A stretch of 64,000 bases of DNA, from positions 115,347-179,346 of the forward strand of contig CAZNRH010000001.1 of the NCBI GenBank assembly GCA_964575755.1, written 5' to 3'. This document shows positions 22,959 to 32,904 of this stretch, piece after piece; positions within the stretch are counted from its first letter, which is position 1, and each line of letters begins with the position of its first letter. The notes beneath the pieces were generated by a model. That model saw only the letters and a program-made list of their open reading frames with translations, had not been told where the DNA came from and searched no databases. The stretch comes from an uncultured Candidatus Saccharibacteria bacterium. Lineage in GTDB: Bacteria > Patescibacteriota > Minisyncoccia > Phycocordibacterales > JABMNX01. The translations under genes were made by a program, and so were the position numbers.

Positions 22959-23296
22959 ATATGTGCGAAGCTTAGCTTCGCACATATTTAAACTTGGCGG
23001 TCCAGCAGTCAAGTTTGAATACAGTATTCAGTGGTCGAACCGCTGTAGGAGTTATGCTTTTTAGATTTTAATTAGAAGTACAGTATATAAGTAAGTATTT
23101 AGATATTGAGAAAAAATAAAATCCGTCAACAGGTGCACCTGTTGACGGATTATGAGAATTGCTTAATGAACTATAGATCATTGTATGTAATATCACGTAC
23201 AATATATTTGTCAAATTTACTTACTATGTGCGAAGCTTAGCTTCGCACGCTTGCTTCAAGCAACGGCTAAAATACCTCTTCAAAAGACACAAAACT
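22956..23296. repeat. Intergenic cluster of five palindromes plus a 17-bp duplication of helicase sequence
   Basis: 24-bp tatgtgcgaagcttagcttcgcac at 22960 and 23225; perfect 32-bp palindrome 23120-23151; degenerate RAYT-type palindromes at 22991 and 23028; tcaaaagacacaaaact at 22863 and 23280. Confidence 0.8.
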
Positions 23297-23405
23297 TACC
23301 CAAGTACAAATAAGATACTAATATCGATAAAAGTGATAGAATTACCATGGAAGCAGGGTATTTGGTAGACATATTGAATTAAATATAAAAAAAGATACTT
23401 ATTTT

Positions 23406-24947
23406 ATGATGAAACACAAGAAGAAAATTATTATAGCTGTTGCAGTAGGCATACTTGTTATTATAGTAAGGATGTTGTTTGGTGGGGCCGAAGAAATTTC
23501 ATACGACACTGTTATTGCAGAGCGTATTAACCTTGTTCAAGAAATCAACGCTGTCGGCAGAGTAGAAGCAGTTGAGAGCGTTGATCTTGCTTTTGAAAAC
23601 AGTGGTCGTGTTGCTAGGGTATATGTAGATGTGGGAGATAAGGTTTATAGAGGCGAGACTCTCGTCGTCCTTGGAAATTTAGAAGAAGTAGCGAAAATAG
23701 CGCAAGCTGAGGCTATCTTAGCTAAAAACGAGGCAAAGCTCTTAGAATTAAAAAATGGAGTGCGTCCAGAAGAAATACTTGTACAGAAAATAAAAGTCAA
23801 CAATACTGAGACTTCTTTGAGAGATGCAGTAAGGGGTATTGTGGACGAATTACGTGACTCATATACAAAAGCTGACGACTCTGTAAGAAGTAAGATAGAT
23901 CAATTCTTTAGTAATCCACGTACACCTAGTCCTCAGTTAGATTTTTACGCAGATTCTCAATTAAAAAGTGATATAGAACAAGAGAGGTTTTTTGTAGAAC
24001 TAATGTTAGGGGAGTGGGGTAATTCCTTACTCACCTTAACAAACTCAAGTGATATTGAAGCATATACAAGAGAAGCAAGCCAGAATCTTTCAATGATAAA
24101 ATCTTTGTTAGACAAATCCGGACTTGCTGTTAACAGCTTAACCGTTACAAGCAGTATCTCACAAACAACTATAGACGCATGGAAACTAGACGTATATACA
24201 GCGAGGATAAATATAAACACCGCAATAGCAAGTATCACGTCAGCAAATGAAAAAGTAGAAATAGCAAAGTCTAGCTTGTCGTTAGCTAAGCAAGAGCTTG
24301 CACTTAAAGAGTCTGGAACCATAGGGGAGTTGATAGTTGCACAAGAAGCACAAGTAAAAGAGTCTGAAGCTAATGTAAAATATTACAAAGCACAATTTAG
24401 GAAATCTATTATAAGCTCACCAATAAATGGGGTAGTCACTACACAAAACGCAAAGGTTGGGGAAATAGTAGCAGTTAATGCTGTGGTGGTTTCTATTATT
24501 TCAGATGGAGAATATGAAATAGAAGCGTTTGTAGTGGAGGCTGATATTGCCAATCTTAGAGTTGGTAATGTGGCAACTTTTTCACTCGATGCATATACAG
24601 AAGAAGAGATATTCACTGCGGTAGTTGAAAGTATTGACCCGGCAGCACAGTTATTTGAAGGAGTTGCAAATTATAGAACCATATTAAGACTACAAGATGT
24701 AGACGATAGGGTACGTGCAGGTATGACAGCAGACTTAGATATAGTTACAGATGAGCGAGAAAATGTAGTGTCTATTTTACAGAGAGCTGTTATTTTTAAA
24801 GACAATAAGAAAATAGTCAGGAAGCTTATTGATGGTGTTATTCAAGAAGTTGAAGTTAAAACAGGGACAACAGGAAACAGGGGGCAAATAGAAATACTTA
24901 GTGGAGTGGAAGAAGGTGACGTTATTGTGACATCAATCAAAAAATAA
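23406..24947 (+). CDS. MacA/HlyD-type membrane fusion (periplasmic adaptor) protein
   Basis: N-terminal TM, split lipoyl halves (SGRV..V.V..GD.V; SPINGVV), long coiled coil, GMTA. Confidence 0.9.
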   Translation: MMKHKKKIIIAVAVGILVIIVRMLFGGAEEISYDTVIAERINLVQEINAVGRVEAVESVDLAFENSGRVARVYVDVGDKVYRGETLVVLGNLEEVAKIAQAEAILAKNEAKLLELKNGVRPEEILVQKIKVNNTETSLRDAVRGIVDELRDSYTKADDSVRSKIDQFFSNPRTPSPQLDFYADSQLKSDIEQERFFVELMLGEWGNSLLTLTNSSDIEAYTREASQNLSMIKSLLDKSGLAVNSLTVTSSISQTTIDAWKLDVYTARININTAIASITSANEKVEIAKSSLSLAKQELALKESGTIGELIVAQEAQVKESEANVKYYKAQFRKSIISSPINGVVTTQNAKVGEIVAVNAVVVSIISDGEYEIEAFVVEADIANLRVGNVATFSLDAYTEEEIFTAVVESIDPAAQLFEGVANYRTILRLQDVDDRVRAGMTADLDIVTDERENVVSILQRAVIFKDNKKIVRKLIDGVIQEVEVKTGTTGNRGQIEILSGVEEGDVIVTSIKK

Positions 24948-24960
24948 ACTCAATATTATT

Positions 24961-25671
24961 ATGAATATAATTGAGGTAAAGAACATAGTACGAACATATG
25001 GAGATGTTGTAAAAACATATGCATTAAAAGATACATCCTTTTCAATTAAACAAGGTGAGTTTGTTTCTATTATGGGTCAGTCTGGTTCTGGTAAATCTAC
25101 CCTTATGCATGTTCTTGGTTTATTGGATAGAGCTACATCAGGTGAGTATTTGTTTGAAGGACGGGATGTATCTACACTAGACGATAATGAGTTAGCATTA
25201 ATACGTAATGAAAAGATAGGGTTTGTATTTCAGGCATTTAATTTACTTCCACGCACAACAGTATTAAAGAATACAATGTTGCCACTTAACTACTCAAGAG
25301 ATAAAACAGGTCATGAGGTAAAAGCAAAGGCTATTTTAGAGAAAGTCGGACTTGGTCATCGGTTAGACTATTTTACAAATCAAATCTCTGGAGGAGAAAA
25401 ACAACGCGTTGCGATAGCTAGAGCCCTTGTAAATAATCCATCAGTAATATTTGCAGATGAACCAACAGGAAATCTTGATTCAAAATCGGGAGATAGGGTT
25501 ATGCAAATCTTTCAAGAATTAAACAAAGAAGGACATACAGTTATCTTAGTAACTCACGAGAGAGAGACAGCGGGGTTTGCAGACCGTATTATCACCATAA
25601 AAGATGGAAGTATAATAAATGACAGCCCTGTGCAGAAAAAGAGCACAACAGATACAGTCAGTAGTAATTAA
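24961..25671 (+). CDS. MacB/LolD-type ABC ATP-binding protein
   Basis: [36 protein letters not shown]. Confidence 0.96.
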   Translation: MNIIEVKNIVRTYGDVVKTYALKDTSFSIKQGEFVSIMGQSGSGKSTLMHVLGLLDRATSGEYLFEGRDVSTLDDNELALIRNEKIGFVFQAFNLLPRTTVLKNTMLPLNYSRDKTGHEVKAKAILEKVGLGHRLDYFTNQISGGEKQRVAIARALVNNPSVIFADEPTGNLDSKSGDRVMQIFQELNKEGHTVILVTHERETAGFADRIITIKDGSIINDSPVQKKSTTDTVSSN

Positions 25672-25678
25672 ACCACGT

Positions 25679-26929
25679 ATGCTCGACAGAATTACAAAGT
25701 CAGTAGCTATATCTCTAGACTCGTTGTGGGCAAACAAAATACGAAGCCTTATTACCATGCTTGGTATCATTATTGGGGTTGCTTCCGTAGTATTAATTAT
25801 ATCAATAGGTGCTGGAGCTCAAGGTCTCATATTGTCTCAATTTGATAAACTCGGTACAAATCTAATAGTGGTATCTCCAGGGTACACAGAAGAAGGAGGG
25901 ACATTAGCTGTGCTTTCAAACTTTTCTATTACTACACTGAAATACGAAGACATATTGTATTTAAAAGATAACAGTGAAGCACCTAACATAACGTCAGTCT
26001 CTGGATTTAGTAAGGGTTTTGGATTAGTAACATGGCGTTCAGAAAGCTATGATACTTCATTAAATGGAACTACGGCAAGTTATCTAGATGTAGAAAAAAG
26101 TGAGATAGAAATAGGTCGTTTTTTTACAGAAGAAGAGGAGAGGAATTTTTCACGAGTAGCAGTTTTAGGTAGTGCTGTAAAAGAGGGTTTATTTGGAGAA
26201 AGTGATGCAGTTGGACAGCGTATTAGGATAAATGATTCAAGTTATAACGTTATAGGTGTAATAAAAGAGCGTGGAAGTATAGGGATAGAAGATTTTGATG
26301 ATCAGATTCTACTTCCTGTAAAGACTTTTCAACGCTCTGTCGGTGTTAACCATATGGGGCTTATTCGAATACGTGTAGATGTAGAGGAAAATGTAAATAA
26401 AACAATCGAAGATATCAAAATATTATTAAGAGAACAGCATGACATTAGAGATCAAAGTGGCAAGAGTGACGATTTTACAGTAGCTAGTTCCGTACAAGCT
26501 GCTGGCATCATAACAACAATCACAGACAGTATTCGTTATTTTTTAACAGCGATGGCAACGCTTTCTTTGGTGGTTGGCGGAATAGGCATTATGAATATCA
26601 TGTTAATTTCAGTTACTGAACGCACTAGAGAGATAGGTTTAAGAAAGTCTATAGGTGCAAACAATACAGTTGTATTGGAGCAGTTTTTGTTTGAGGCGGT
26701 TATTGTGACAGGAATAGGTGGCTTGATTGGCGTGATTCTCGGTGTAGCATCTTCTTTTATTATTTCAACAGTAATCCAATTACTTGGGTTTAGTTGGGTG
26801 TTTGTCGTTTCAATAGAATCAATATCACTTGCTTTATTTGTGTCAGTATTTATAGGATTGTTTTTTGGATTTTATCCTGCTTATAAAGCCAGTAAACTAG
26901 ACCCTATAGAAGCCTTACGTTATGAATAA
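25679..26929 (+). CDS. MacB/FtsX-type ABC permease 1
   Basis: RSLITMLGIIIG, GGIGIMNIM...ERTREIGLRK, PA.KAS.LDPIEALRYE. Confidence 0.93.
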   Translation: MLDRITKSVAISLDSLWANKIRSLITMLGIIIGVASVVLIISIGAGAQGLILSQFDKLGTNLIVVSPGYTEEGGTLAVLSNFSITTLKYEDILYLKDNSEAPNITSVSGFSKGFGLVTWRSESYDTSLNGTTASYLDVEKSEIEIGRFFTEEEERNFSRVAVLGSAVKEGLFGESDAVGQRIRINDSSYNVIGVIKERGSIGIEDFDDQILLPVKTFQRSVGVNHMGLIRIRVDVEENVNKTIEDIKILLREQHDIRDQSGKSDDFTVASSVQAAGIITTITDSIRYFLTAMATLSLVVGGIGIMNIMLISVTERTREIGLRKSIGANNTVVLEQFLFEAVIVTGIGGLIGVILGVASSFIISTVIQLLGFSWVFVVSIESISLALFVSVFIGLFFGFYPAYKASKLDPIEALRYE

Positions 26930-26949
26930 ATTTGCATACAAATAGAAAA

Positions 26950-28242
26950 ATGGACATAATTATTACATCAATAGAATCAGCGCTTACAGCCTTTAAAGCA
27001 AATAAAATACGCACAGCTCTTGCTGTGCTTGGGATTACAATTGGTATTATAAGTATCATTATAGTCTTTGTTGCTGGAGAAGGGATGAGAGGTTTACTTA
27101 ATGAGCAAGTAGAATCCTTTGGGGCAGATGTAGTGCAGACTGAAGTTAAAGTCCCGTCTAGTAAAAAAGGTTTTGCTGGTGAAAAACAAAGTGCAGCAAG
27201 TTTACTTCTAGGGGCTCAGGTTACAACAATGAAGATTGATGACCTAGAAGACGTTCTCGAACTACCAAATATTTTGGCAGGATACGGGCTTTTTATGACA
27301 CAAGAATCCGTGTCTTATCGTTCTGAAATAGAGAGTGTAACTATGTGGGCTACAAGCGCTGCATTTATTGATATAGATCAGACCGGTGTAGGAAGTGGGC
27401 GGTTTTTCTCAGAAGCAGAGAATCGTTCTTTGTCCCAAGTTGCAGTCTTAGGGTCTGAAATAAAAGAAAAATTATTTGGAGAGAGTGACCCAGTAGGTAA
27501 GACAATCAAGGTACGTAATACACGATTCCGTGTGATTGGTGTTATGGAAGAGCGTGGGAGTGTTATGTCCATGAATTTCGACACAATGGTATATGTCCCA
27601 ATTAAGACACTGCAAAAAAGGGTAATGGGAATTGACCACATACTTAGCTTCATGGTGAAAATAGAAGATATGAGCAAAGTAGATTCAACAATGGAAGATA
27701 TACGAGTTATCTTGAGGGATAATCACGACATAGATCCACCAGAAGAAATAAGGAAAAGTATTTTCGATACAGGTAAGGACGATTTCCGCGTAGTTTCTAT
27801 GATAGAGGCACTTGAGATATTTGACAGTGTATATTTTTACCTTACGTTATTATTGCTCTCAATAGTTGCGATATCGCTAGTAGTTGGAGGAGTAGGGGTT
27901 ATGAATGTTATGTACGTAATAGTAAATGAGCGCACCCCAGAGATAGGTTTAAGGAAAGCGGTTGGAGCAACATACAGAGACATAATGGCACAGCTTCTTA
28001 TAGAGTCGGTACTTATAACTCTAGTGGGAGGAGTTGTAGGAGTGATAATTGGAATAATGATAGCTTTTGGAATATCGATTGGTGCAGAGTCTATGGGATT
28101 CACATGGAAGTTCGTAGTACCAATAGAGGCATTTATAACAGCATTTCTATTCTCAGTAGTATTCGGTGTTGTGTTTGGACTTTATCCAGCGCGCAAAGCA
28201 GCACGTATGAATCCAATAGAAGCACTACAGCACAATAAATAA
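26950..28242 (+). CDS. MacB/FtsX-type ABC permease 2
   Basis: GGVGVMNVM...ERTPEIGLRKAVGA, PARKAARMNPIEAL. Confidence 0.93.
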   Translation: MDIIITSIESALTAFKANKIRTALAVLGITIGIISIIIVFVAGEGMRGLLNEQVESFGADVVQTEVKVPSSKKGFAGEKQSAASLLLGAQVTTMKIDDLEDVLELPNILAGYGLFMTQESVSYRSEIESVTMWATSAAFIDIDQTGVGSGRFFSEAENRSLSQVAVLGSEIKEKLFGESDPVGKTIKVRNTRFRVIGVMEERGSVMSMNFDTMVYVPIKTLQKRVMGIDHILSFMVKIEDMSKVDSTMEDIRVILRDNHDIDPPEEIRKSIFDTGKDDFRVVSMIEALEIFDSVYFYLTLLLLSIVAISLVVGGVGVMNVMYVIVNERTPEIGLRKAVGATYRDIMAQLLIESVLITLVGGVVGVIIGIMIAFGISIGAESMGFTWKFVVPIEAFITAFLFSVVFGVVFGLYPARKAARMNPIEALQHNK

Positions 28243-28255
28243 TGCTTCTAACAGT

Positions 28256-28891
28256 CTAATCTAAGCGAGGTTTCTTAATCACTTGAGTAACAAGACCAGT
28301 GATATTAAAATCATCGTCTTCATGGATAAATATAGGAGGGAAGTCTTTAGTTGACTCAGAGAGAAGTACAACGCGGTTATTTTCTTGGTCCCAGTGGAAT
28401 TTCTTTACGTTAGCTACTCCGTCAAATACAGACACAACAACGTCACCATTTTCTGGTTTCTTGTTTATGCTTCCAACAATAATATAATCACCGTCTTCAA
28501 TATTTTTACCGCCAATGTTTGCTCGGTTCATAGAGAGACCATTTGCCTTGATTGCGTAAATGTCTTTTTTCCTTTTAAGTAGAGCAGAAGAAATCTTTAA
28601 ATATCCCTCGAAGTTAGTATCTGCATAAAAAGTTGCTGGGCCACAGTCCGCGGTACCAAGTATAGGTATAGACAGCAGGGAAGTACTCGCTATTTTACCT
28701 GGTTCTGTGCGTTTAATAGTGCCAGTTAGTTTTGCAATTTTAAGAAAACCTTTTTTCTCAAGCTGTCCGAGGTGATGCTTAATCTTTTGAGGAAATTTTT
28801 CCCCTATAAGCTCACCAATTTCACGCAGGGTCATCTGACCGAGGTTATGGTTTTTTGAAAGTTCTAGGATGTTTTGTTGTATTTTATGCAT
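28256..28891 (-). CDS. lexA: LexA-family repressor (S24 autopeptidase)
   Basis: N-terminal wHTH (TLREIG...HHL..LEKKG), PILG..DCG cleavage loop, catalytic Ser (GLSM) and Lys (NVKK). Confidence 0.8.
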   Translation of the reverse strand: MHKIQQNILELSKNHNLGQMTLREIGELIGEKFPQKIKHHLGQLEKKGFLKIAKLTGTIKRTEPGKIASTSLLSIPILGTADCGPATFYADTNFEGYLKISSALLKRKKDIYAIKANGLSMNRANIGGKNIEDGDYIIVGSINKKPENGDVVVSVFDGVANVKKFHWDQENNRVVLLSESTKDFPPIFIHEDDDFNITGLVTQVIKKPRLD

Positions 28892-29062
28892 ACTGATTAG
28901 GAAATGAAATAATGCCAATGTCTAATATCCTTATATTACGTGATGTAAAGACATAAGTCAACAAGTTATCCACAGTTCTAGAAAGCTGGAAAAGTTGACA
29001 AAGTTGACAAAGAAAATATACTAAACACAAGTTAGGCAATTAGTAATATTAATCAACAAAAT

Positions 29063-29176
29063 ATGTTCAACGATTTACAAACAAAGACAGCTCGTATGAA
29101 AGGGTTGCGTCATAGAAACTCAATAGTCGTGAAGTTTATGAAGATACTTTTATCAGATATAAAATTACAATATTAA
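29063..29176 (+). CDS. Possible 37-aa small protein
   Basis: ATG...TAA ORF downstream of TTGACA, 13 nt before the next small ORF; not in the ORF track. Confidence 0.35.
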   Translation: MFNDLQTKTARMKGLRHRNSIVVKFMKILLSDIKLQY

Positions 29177-29189
29177 ACACATACGAATC

Positions 29190-29384
29190 ATGTCACGAAT
29201 TACACTAAAGACAATTATGGAGAAAGAGATAAACCGCTTAAACAAGCGTATAGATAGAAAGATTATAAGAGGGAGGTCATACTACAAAGATGCACAAAAA
29301 CACCAAGCATTAGTAGTAAAGTATCGCCGTATAGAGTTAAGTAGAAATAGAAATATATCTATTGGCACTCTTTTAACTACATAA
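29190..29384 (+). CDS. Small basic hypothetical protein
   Basis: 64-aa helical basic ORF followed by a terminator at about 29415-29445. Confidence 0.6.
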   Translation: MSRITLKTIMEKEINRLNKRIDRKIIRGRSYYKDAQKHQALVVKYRRIELSRNRNISIGTLLTT

Positions 29385-29445
29385 AACATATAGTTATTTA
29401 GAATAGACGCAGATAAAAACAGCCCACATGTGGGTTGTTTTTTTA

Positions 29446-29665
29446 TTAACGACGTAGAGCGAGCGCAATGAGAAAATGAAGAGAAGCGCTCCAGTTTTGT
29501 CCAAGAGCGAAGCGATTGGTTAACAAAACGCAGTACCCTTGTGGTGAAATTTTCTCATTGCTGAGCCGAGGAGTTAACAAAGGTCTAACACCTCGGCCTT
29601 CAAGCCGAGATGCACGAGCGGAGCGAGTCCGACAATACTTCGTGCCTTCAGGACGGAGAGCCTTT
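29446..29665 (+). other. Long structured intergenic element
   Basis: gcaatgagaaaat/attttctcattgc stem, tandem GA motifs, gagcgaagcga and gagcggagcga mini-hairpins. Confidence 0.5.
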
Positions 29666-29691
29666 ATTTTTATGTATAATAGAGAGGTTTT

Positions 29692-30537
29692 ATGAAGAAA
29701 TACATAATATTAGATAAAAAAGTAGGAGAAACACCACTTGTGGTATTGGAGAAATTTAAAGCTAGTAATCCACGTATTGCAGATAAAAAACTAGCATATG
29801 CAGGGCGTCTAGATCCAATGGCTAGTGGCAAACTTCTAGTGTTAATAGGTGATGAGTGTAAGAAACAAGACAAATACCTTAAGCTTGATAAAGAGTACAT
29901 GTTTGAAGTACTTATAGGGTTTAAAAGTGATACAGGTGACGTCCTTGGACTTGCTAGTGCAGACGATTCTTCGCAAAGAATCGTGCCAACAGACCATAAA
30001 TCCAAAGAATTTACCGATAAAGAATTAAAAGAGGTGGCGAGAAAATTAGAAGGAGAACAAAACTTTCCTTTCCCAAGATATTCATCAAAGACTGTACAGG
30101 GTAAACCACTTCATGTATGGAGTGTTGAGGGGCGTATTGATGAAATAGAGATACCACACAAAGCGTCAACAATTCACAGCCTCCACTTCAACAGTTCATA
30201 TATCCTAAGTAAAGAAAAAGTAAGTGAGAAAATCTTTGAAAAGATTAATTCAATTCCCGAAGTTACAGAAGAGTCAAAGGCACTCGGTAGAGATTTTAGA
30301 CGTGAAGAAATACGAGACAGATGGAGTAAGCTTTTTATAGATACAGAAAGAAAAGAGTTCCAAATAGCACGTTTTACATGCGTAGCATCATCAGGTACGT
30401 ACATGCGTACACTAGCTGGTGAGATAGGGAAGTTGCTTGGTGCAAAAGGGTTAGCATATTCGATACACAGGACTAGGATAGGTCTCTATAAAAAAGTATT
30501 CAGTAACTGGAGCTTTTGGATAAAGATCTTTAGATAA
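29692..30537 (+). CDS. truB: tRNA pseudouridine(55) synthase-like protein
   Basis: LDKKVG.T, YAGRLDPMASG, K.Y, SSGTYMRTL, HRTRIG. Confidence 0.85.
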   Translation: MKKYIILDKKVGETPLVVLEKFKASNPRIADKKLAYAGRLDPMASGKLLVLIGDECKKQDKYLKLDKEYMFEVLIGFKSDTGDVLGLASADDSSQRIVPTDHKSKEFTDKELKEVARKLEGEQNFPFPRYSSKTVQGKPLHVWSVEGRIDEIEIPHKASTIHSLHFNSSYILSKEKVSEKIFEKINSIPEVTEESKALGRDFRREEIRDRWSKLFIDTERKEFQIARFTCVASSGTYMRTLAGEIGKLLGAKGLAYSIHRTRIGLYKKVFSNWSFWIKIFR

Positions 30538-30696
30538 TTTTATTTGTAAACCTTTTTATGTTAGTAGTTTGTCCATATACCAAGAAGTACTCCAGTATAA
30601 TGCACAATAACGTATGGAATTAGAATCTTATCCATTTTTATATAAAATATGCCGCCTAACATAAAAGTTAGGCGACACTTTTAGCAACTGATGCAA

Positions 30697-30969
30697 CTAA
30701 GCGGCTTCTTTTGACCACCTGTTGTTATTCATCCTAAAGAAACTATCTTGTCGACTGATCTTCACATTGGAGATAATGAGTAGACTTTGGCGGTCCGTTT
30801 CATCGCCTCCTGAAGTGACTACGAGACGTTTGATTTTGCCTCTGATAGACTTCAGTCTTTTATACTCTTCAGCGGTTGGATGTTGTGACGAAGTGTCAAC
30901 AATTGACATAAGCTGATTGCCGAGTTCCTCGATACGTGCGTGTGCATTCATCTCACTACTCCTCTCCAC
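30697..30969 (-). CDS. Hypothetical protein
   Basis: ORF with its own TTGACA upstream and a hairpin downstream (about 30652-30674). Confidence 0.5.
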   Translation of the reverse strand: MERSSEMNAHARIEELGNQLMSIVDTSSQHPTAEEYKRLKSIRGKIKRLVVTSGGDETDRQSLLIISNVKISRQDSFFRMNNNRWSKEAA

Positions 30970-31093
30970 TGTGTTTCATCTGCTTTTATTGTACTTGTCA
31001 ATGTTGACTAAAGTAAAGAAGAGTTATCCACCCCTCTTTTTGGTCGTTTAATTTGCCTGGTAGACGAAGTTTAAACTTGTTTATTTGTCATAG

Positions 31094-31288
31094 CTAACTA
31101 ACATCTTTTTCTAAAAATCGATACGTTATAATTGAAGACCAAATGAGAAAGTTAGCTAAGCCAATAACGAAAAAAGTTGGAGCTATTTGTACTGGAACCA
31201 ATTCTTCAAACCAAATTAATGTCAACACTGAACCTGCACACAAAAGCATTGCTATCCAAAATACTCTGAGTGTAATCTTTTCAATCAT
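31094..31288 (-). CDS. Small two-TM membrane protein
   Basis: Two hydrophobic segments. Confidence 0.6.
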   Translation of the reverse strand: MIEKITLRVFWIAMLLCAGSVLTLIWFEELVPVQIAPTFFVIGLANFLIWSSIITYRFLEKDVS

Positions 31289-31441
31289 TACCTTATATTA
31301 CTCAGTGTGAATAATATTAGTTACACCACACCTTTCGTTTGGAGGACGACGTTCGAACCTCAGTGGTGTTGGAGTTGATTGTATAAAAACAAAAACCGCC
31401 CACTAGAGCGGGCGGCTCTAGTGGGCATATTATGTAGAAAT

Positions 31442-31876
31442 TCACAAAGAGGAGGAAGAACTAATACCGAATAGTGGGAAGAACCCAACTTCGCCTACGT
31501 TCATTTTATCCTCCTCATCAAGAATCGTTACCGTCTCTTCAAAATGATTCAAGTAACGGTTCAGTTCTTCACGAAGTGCGTCCTTTGAGAAAGAAGAGTG
31601 CTGTACATGAACCCCTTCAATTTCACAACCAAGAAGTTTGAGTTCATTGAACACCTCTGAGAAATCACCATCTTCTACGTCTATAAACGCAGGTAATGAA
31701 TTCCAAGCAACCACGTCCTCTGTTACGTCACGACAGCAATGTAAAAGATACGCATAGTTATTTAAAGAAGACTTTCGATACTTCAACGCAAGTTGGGTTG
31801 GGAGTTCTTTGATGAGTTTCCGCATCAAACAACGCAACACTACCTGTTGGAGTATAGAGAGTTTAATGTCATTCAT
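31442..31876 (-). CDS. Hypothetical protein
   Basis: GGAGG SD before the ATG at 31876; terminator at about 31390-31415. Confidence 0.6.
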   Translation of the reverse strand: MNDIKLSILQQVVLRCLMRKLIKELPTQLALKYRKSSLNNYAYLLHCCRDVTEDVVAWNSLPAFIDVEDGDFSEVFNELKLLGCEIEGVHVQHSSFSKDALREELNRYLNHFEETVTILDEEDKMNVGEVGFFPLFGISSSSSL

Positions 31877-32159
31877 TGGAACCTCCACCAAAATAATATC
31901 TAATTTAACAATACCACACAAATCAAAACTTGTCAGCTCCGTCTATTGAGTTTAATAAGAACCTCTATACTAGAGTTAGACCAGTTTGAAATTGCATGCA
32001 TTCAAAATTATTGTAATGCATTTGGCGGGGAAGGTACTCAAGATAAATCTACTACGTGAAATGTTATGCTATTTTGAAGCTTGATTGACAAACGTGTTTA
32101 AATTAGTTTTAATGAAGCTGTAAGAGTACATTTACATCAACTTTAACCAGAATCGGAGT

Positions 32160-32822
32160 ATGAAAATGGGAGCCATGAATAAGCACCCTTCTTGTCAGTC
32201 CACATGGCTTGTGACTACCAATGCAACTCGTTGCGTCTCGAGTTCATTTGCTGACCTTATGTTGGCTAACACCTTTTTAGAGCAAGCATTGATTGCTGAA
32301 ATGGAAGGTGGTTGCGACAAAGACGCTGTCACGAACATGATCCAGTCGGCAGTGAAATCCCGGGACACTATTCGCGAGGCCAGCGACTTACTTGTTGAGG
32401 CGATACAGTTGGGAGAGCAGACGGGTACACCGTACGCCGAACAGTTCTCTTCGCTTGTCCCTCACAAGCTCGGATTGCTCTGGAACACTTCCATTGTTCC
32501 TGGGCAAATGGAAACGGTCGTTGAAGTTTCAGCGGAAATCAAGGGCGACCACCTTGCTCCGTCCAGACGATTTGTTTCCGATCTCAGGCGTCTTGAAGAA
32601 CTCACCGACAGTGTCGTTGTGGCGTTCGAGTCTCTTGTGACATTCGCGCACGACGGAAATCTTCGACTGGCTTTGGAAGAGAATCGGGTGCCAATTCAGG
32701 CCGACTTTGCTCTTCTTTTGACAAAGTGGATGAAGTTCCTTGGGGAGTACGTTATTGACTCTCTTGTGGCGACCCATGTTGCGTTCGAAGCAAAAGGTCA
32801 TCAAGCCCTGGAAGCTTCTTGA
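32160..32822 (+). CDS. Hypothetical all-helical protein, GC-richer than flanks
   Basis: TTGACA promoter, GGAG SD, 220-aa ORF, terminator at about 32846-32888. Confidence 0.7.
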   Translation: MKMGAMNKHPSCQSTWLVTTNATRCVSSSFADLMLANTFLEQALIAEMEGGCDKDAVTNMIQSAVKSRDTIREASDLLVEAIQLGEQTGTPYAEQFSSLVPHKLGLLWNTSIVPGQMETVVEVSAEIKGDHLAPSRRFVSDLRRLEELTDSVVVAFESLVTFAHDGNLRLALEENRVPIQADFALLLTKWMKFLGEYVIDSLVATHVAFEAKGHQALEAS

Positions 32823-32904
32823 TTCGGCACGGAAGTCAAAAAATACATGAGTGCGGGTAGTAAAGTCTACTCGTACTCATTTTTTTTATTACCTTTTTTA
32901 TATA

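Noticed and set aside
31320-31380. gttcgaacc-containing stretch as a tRNA
   Set aside because: No cloverleaf could be built.
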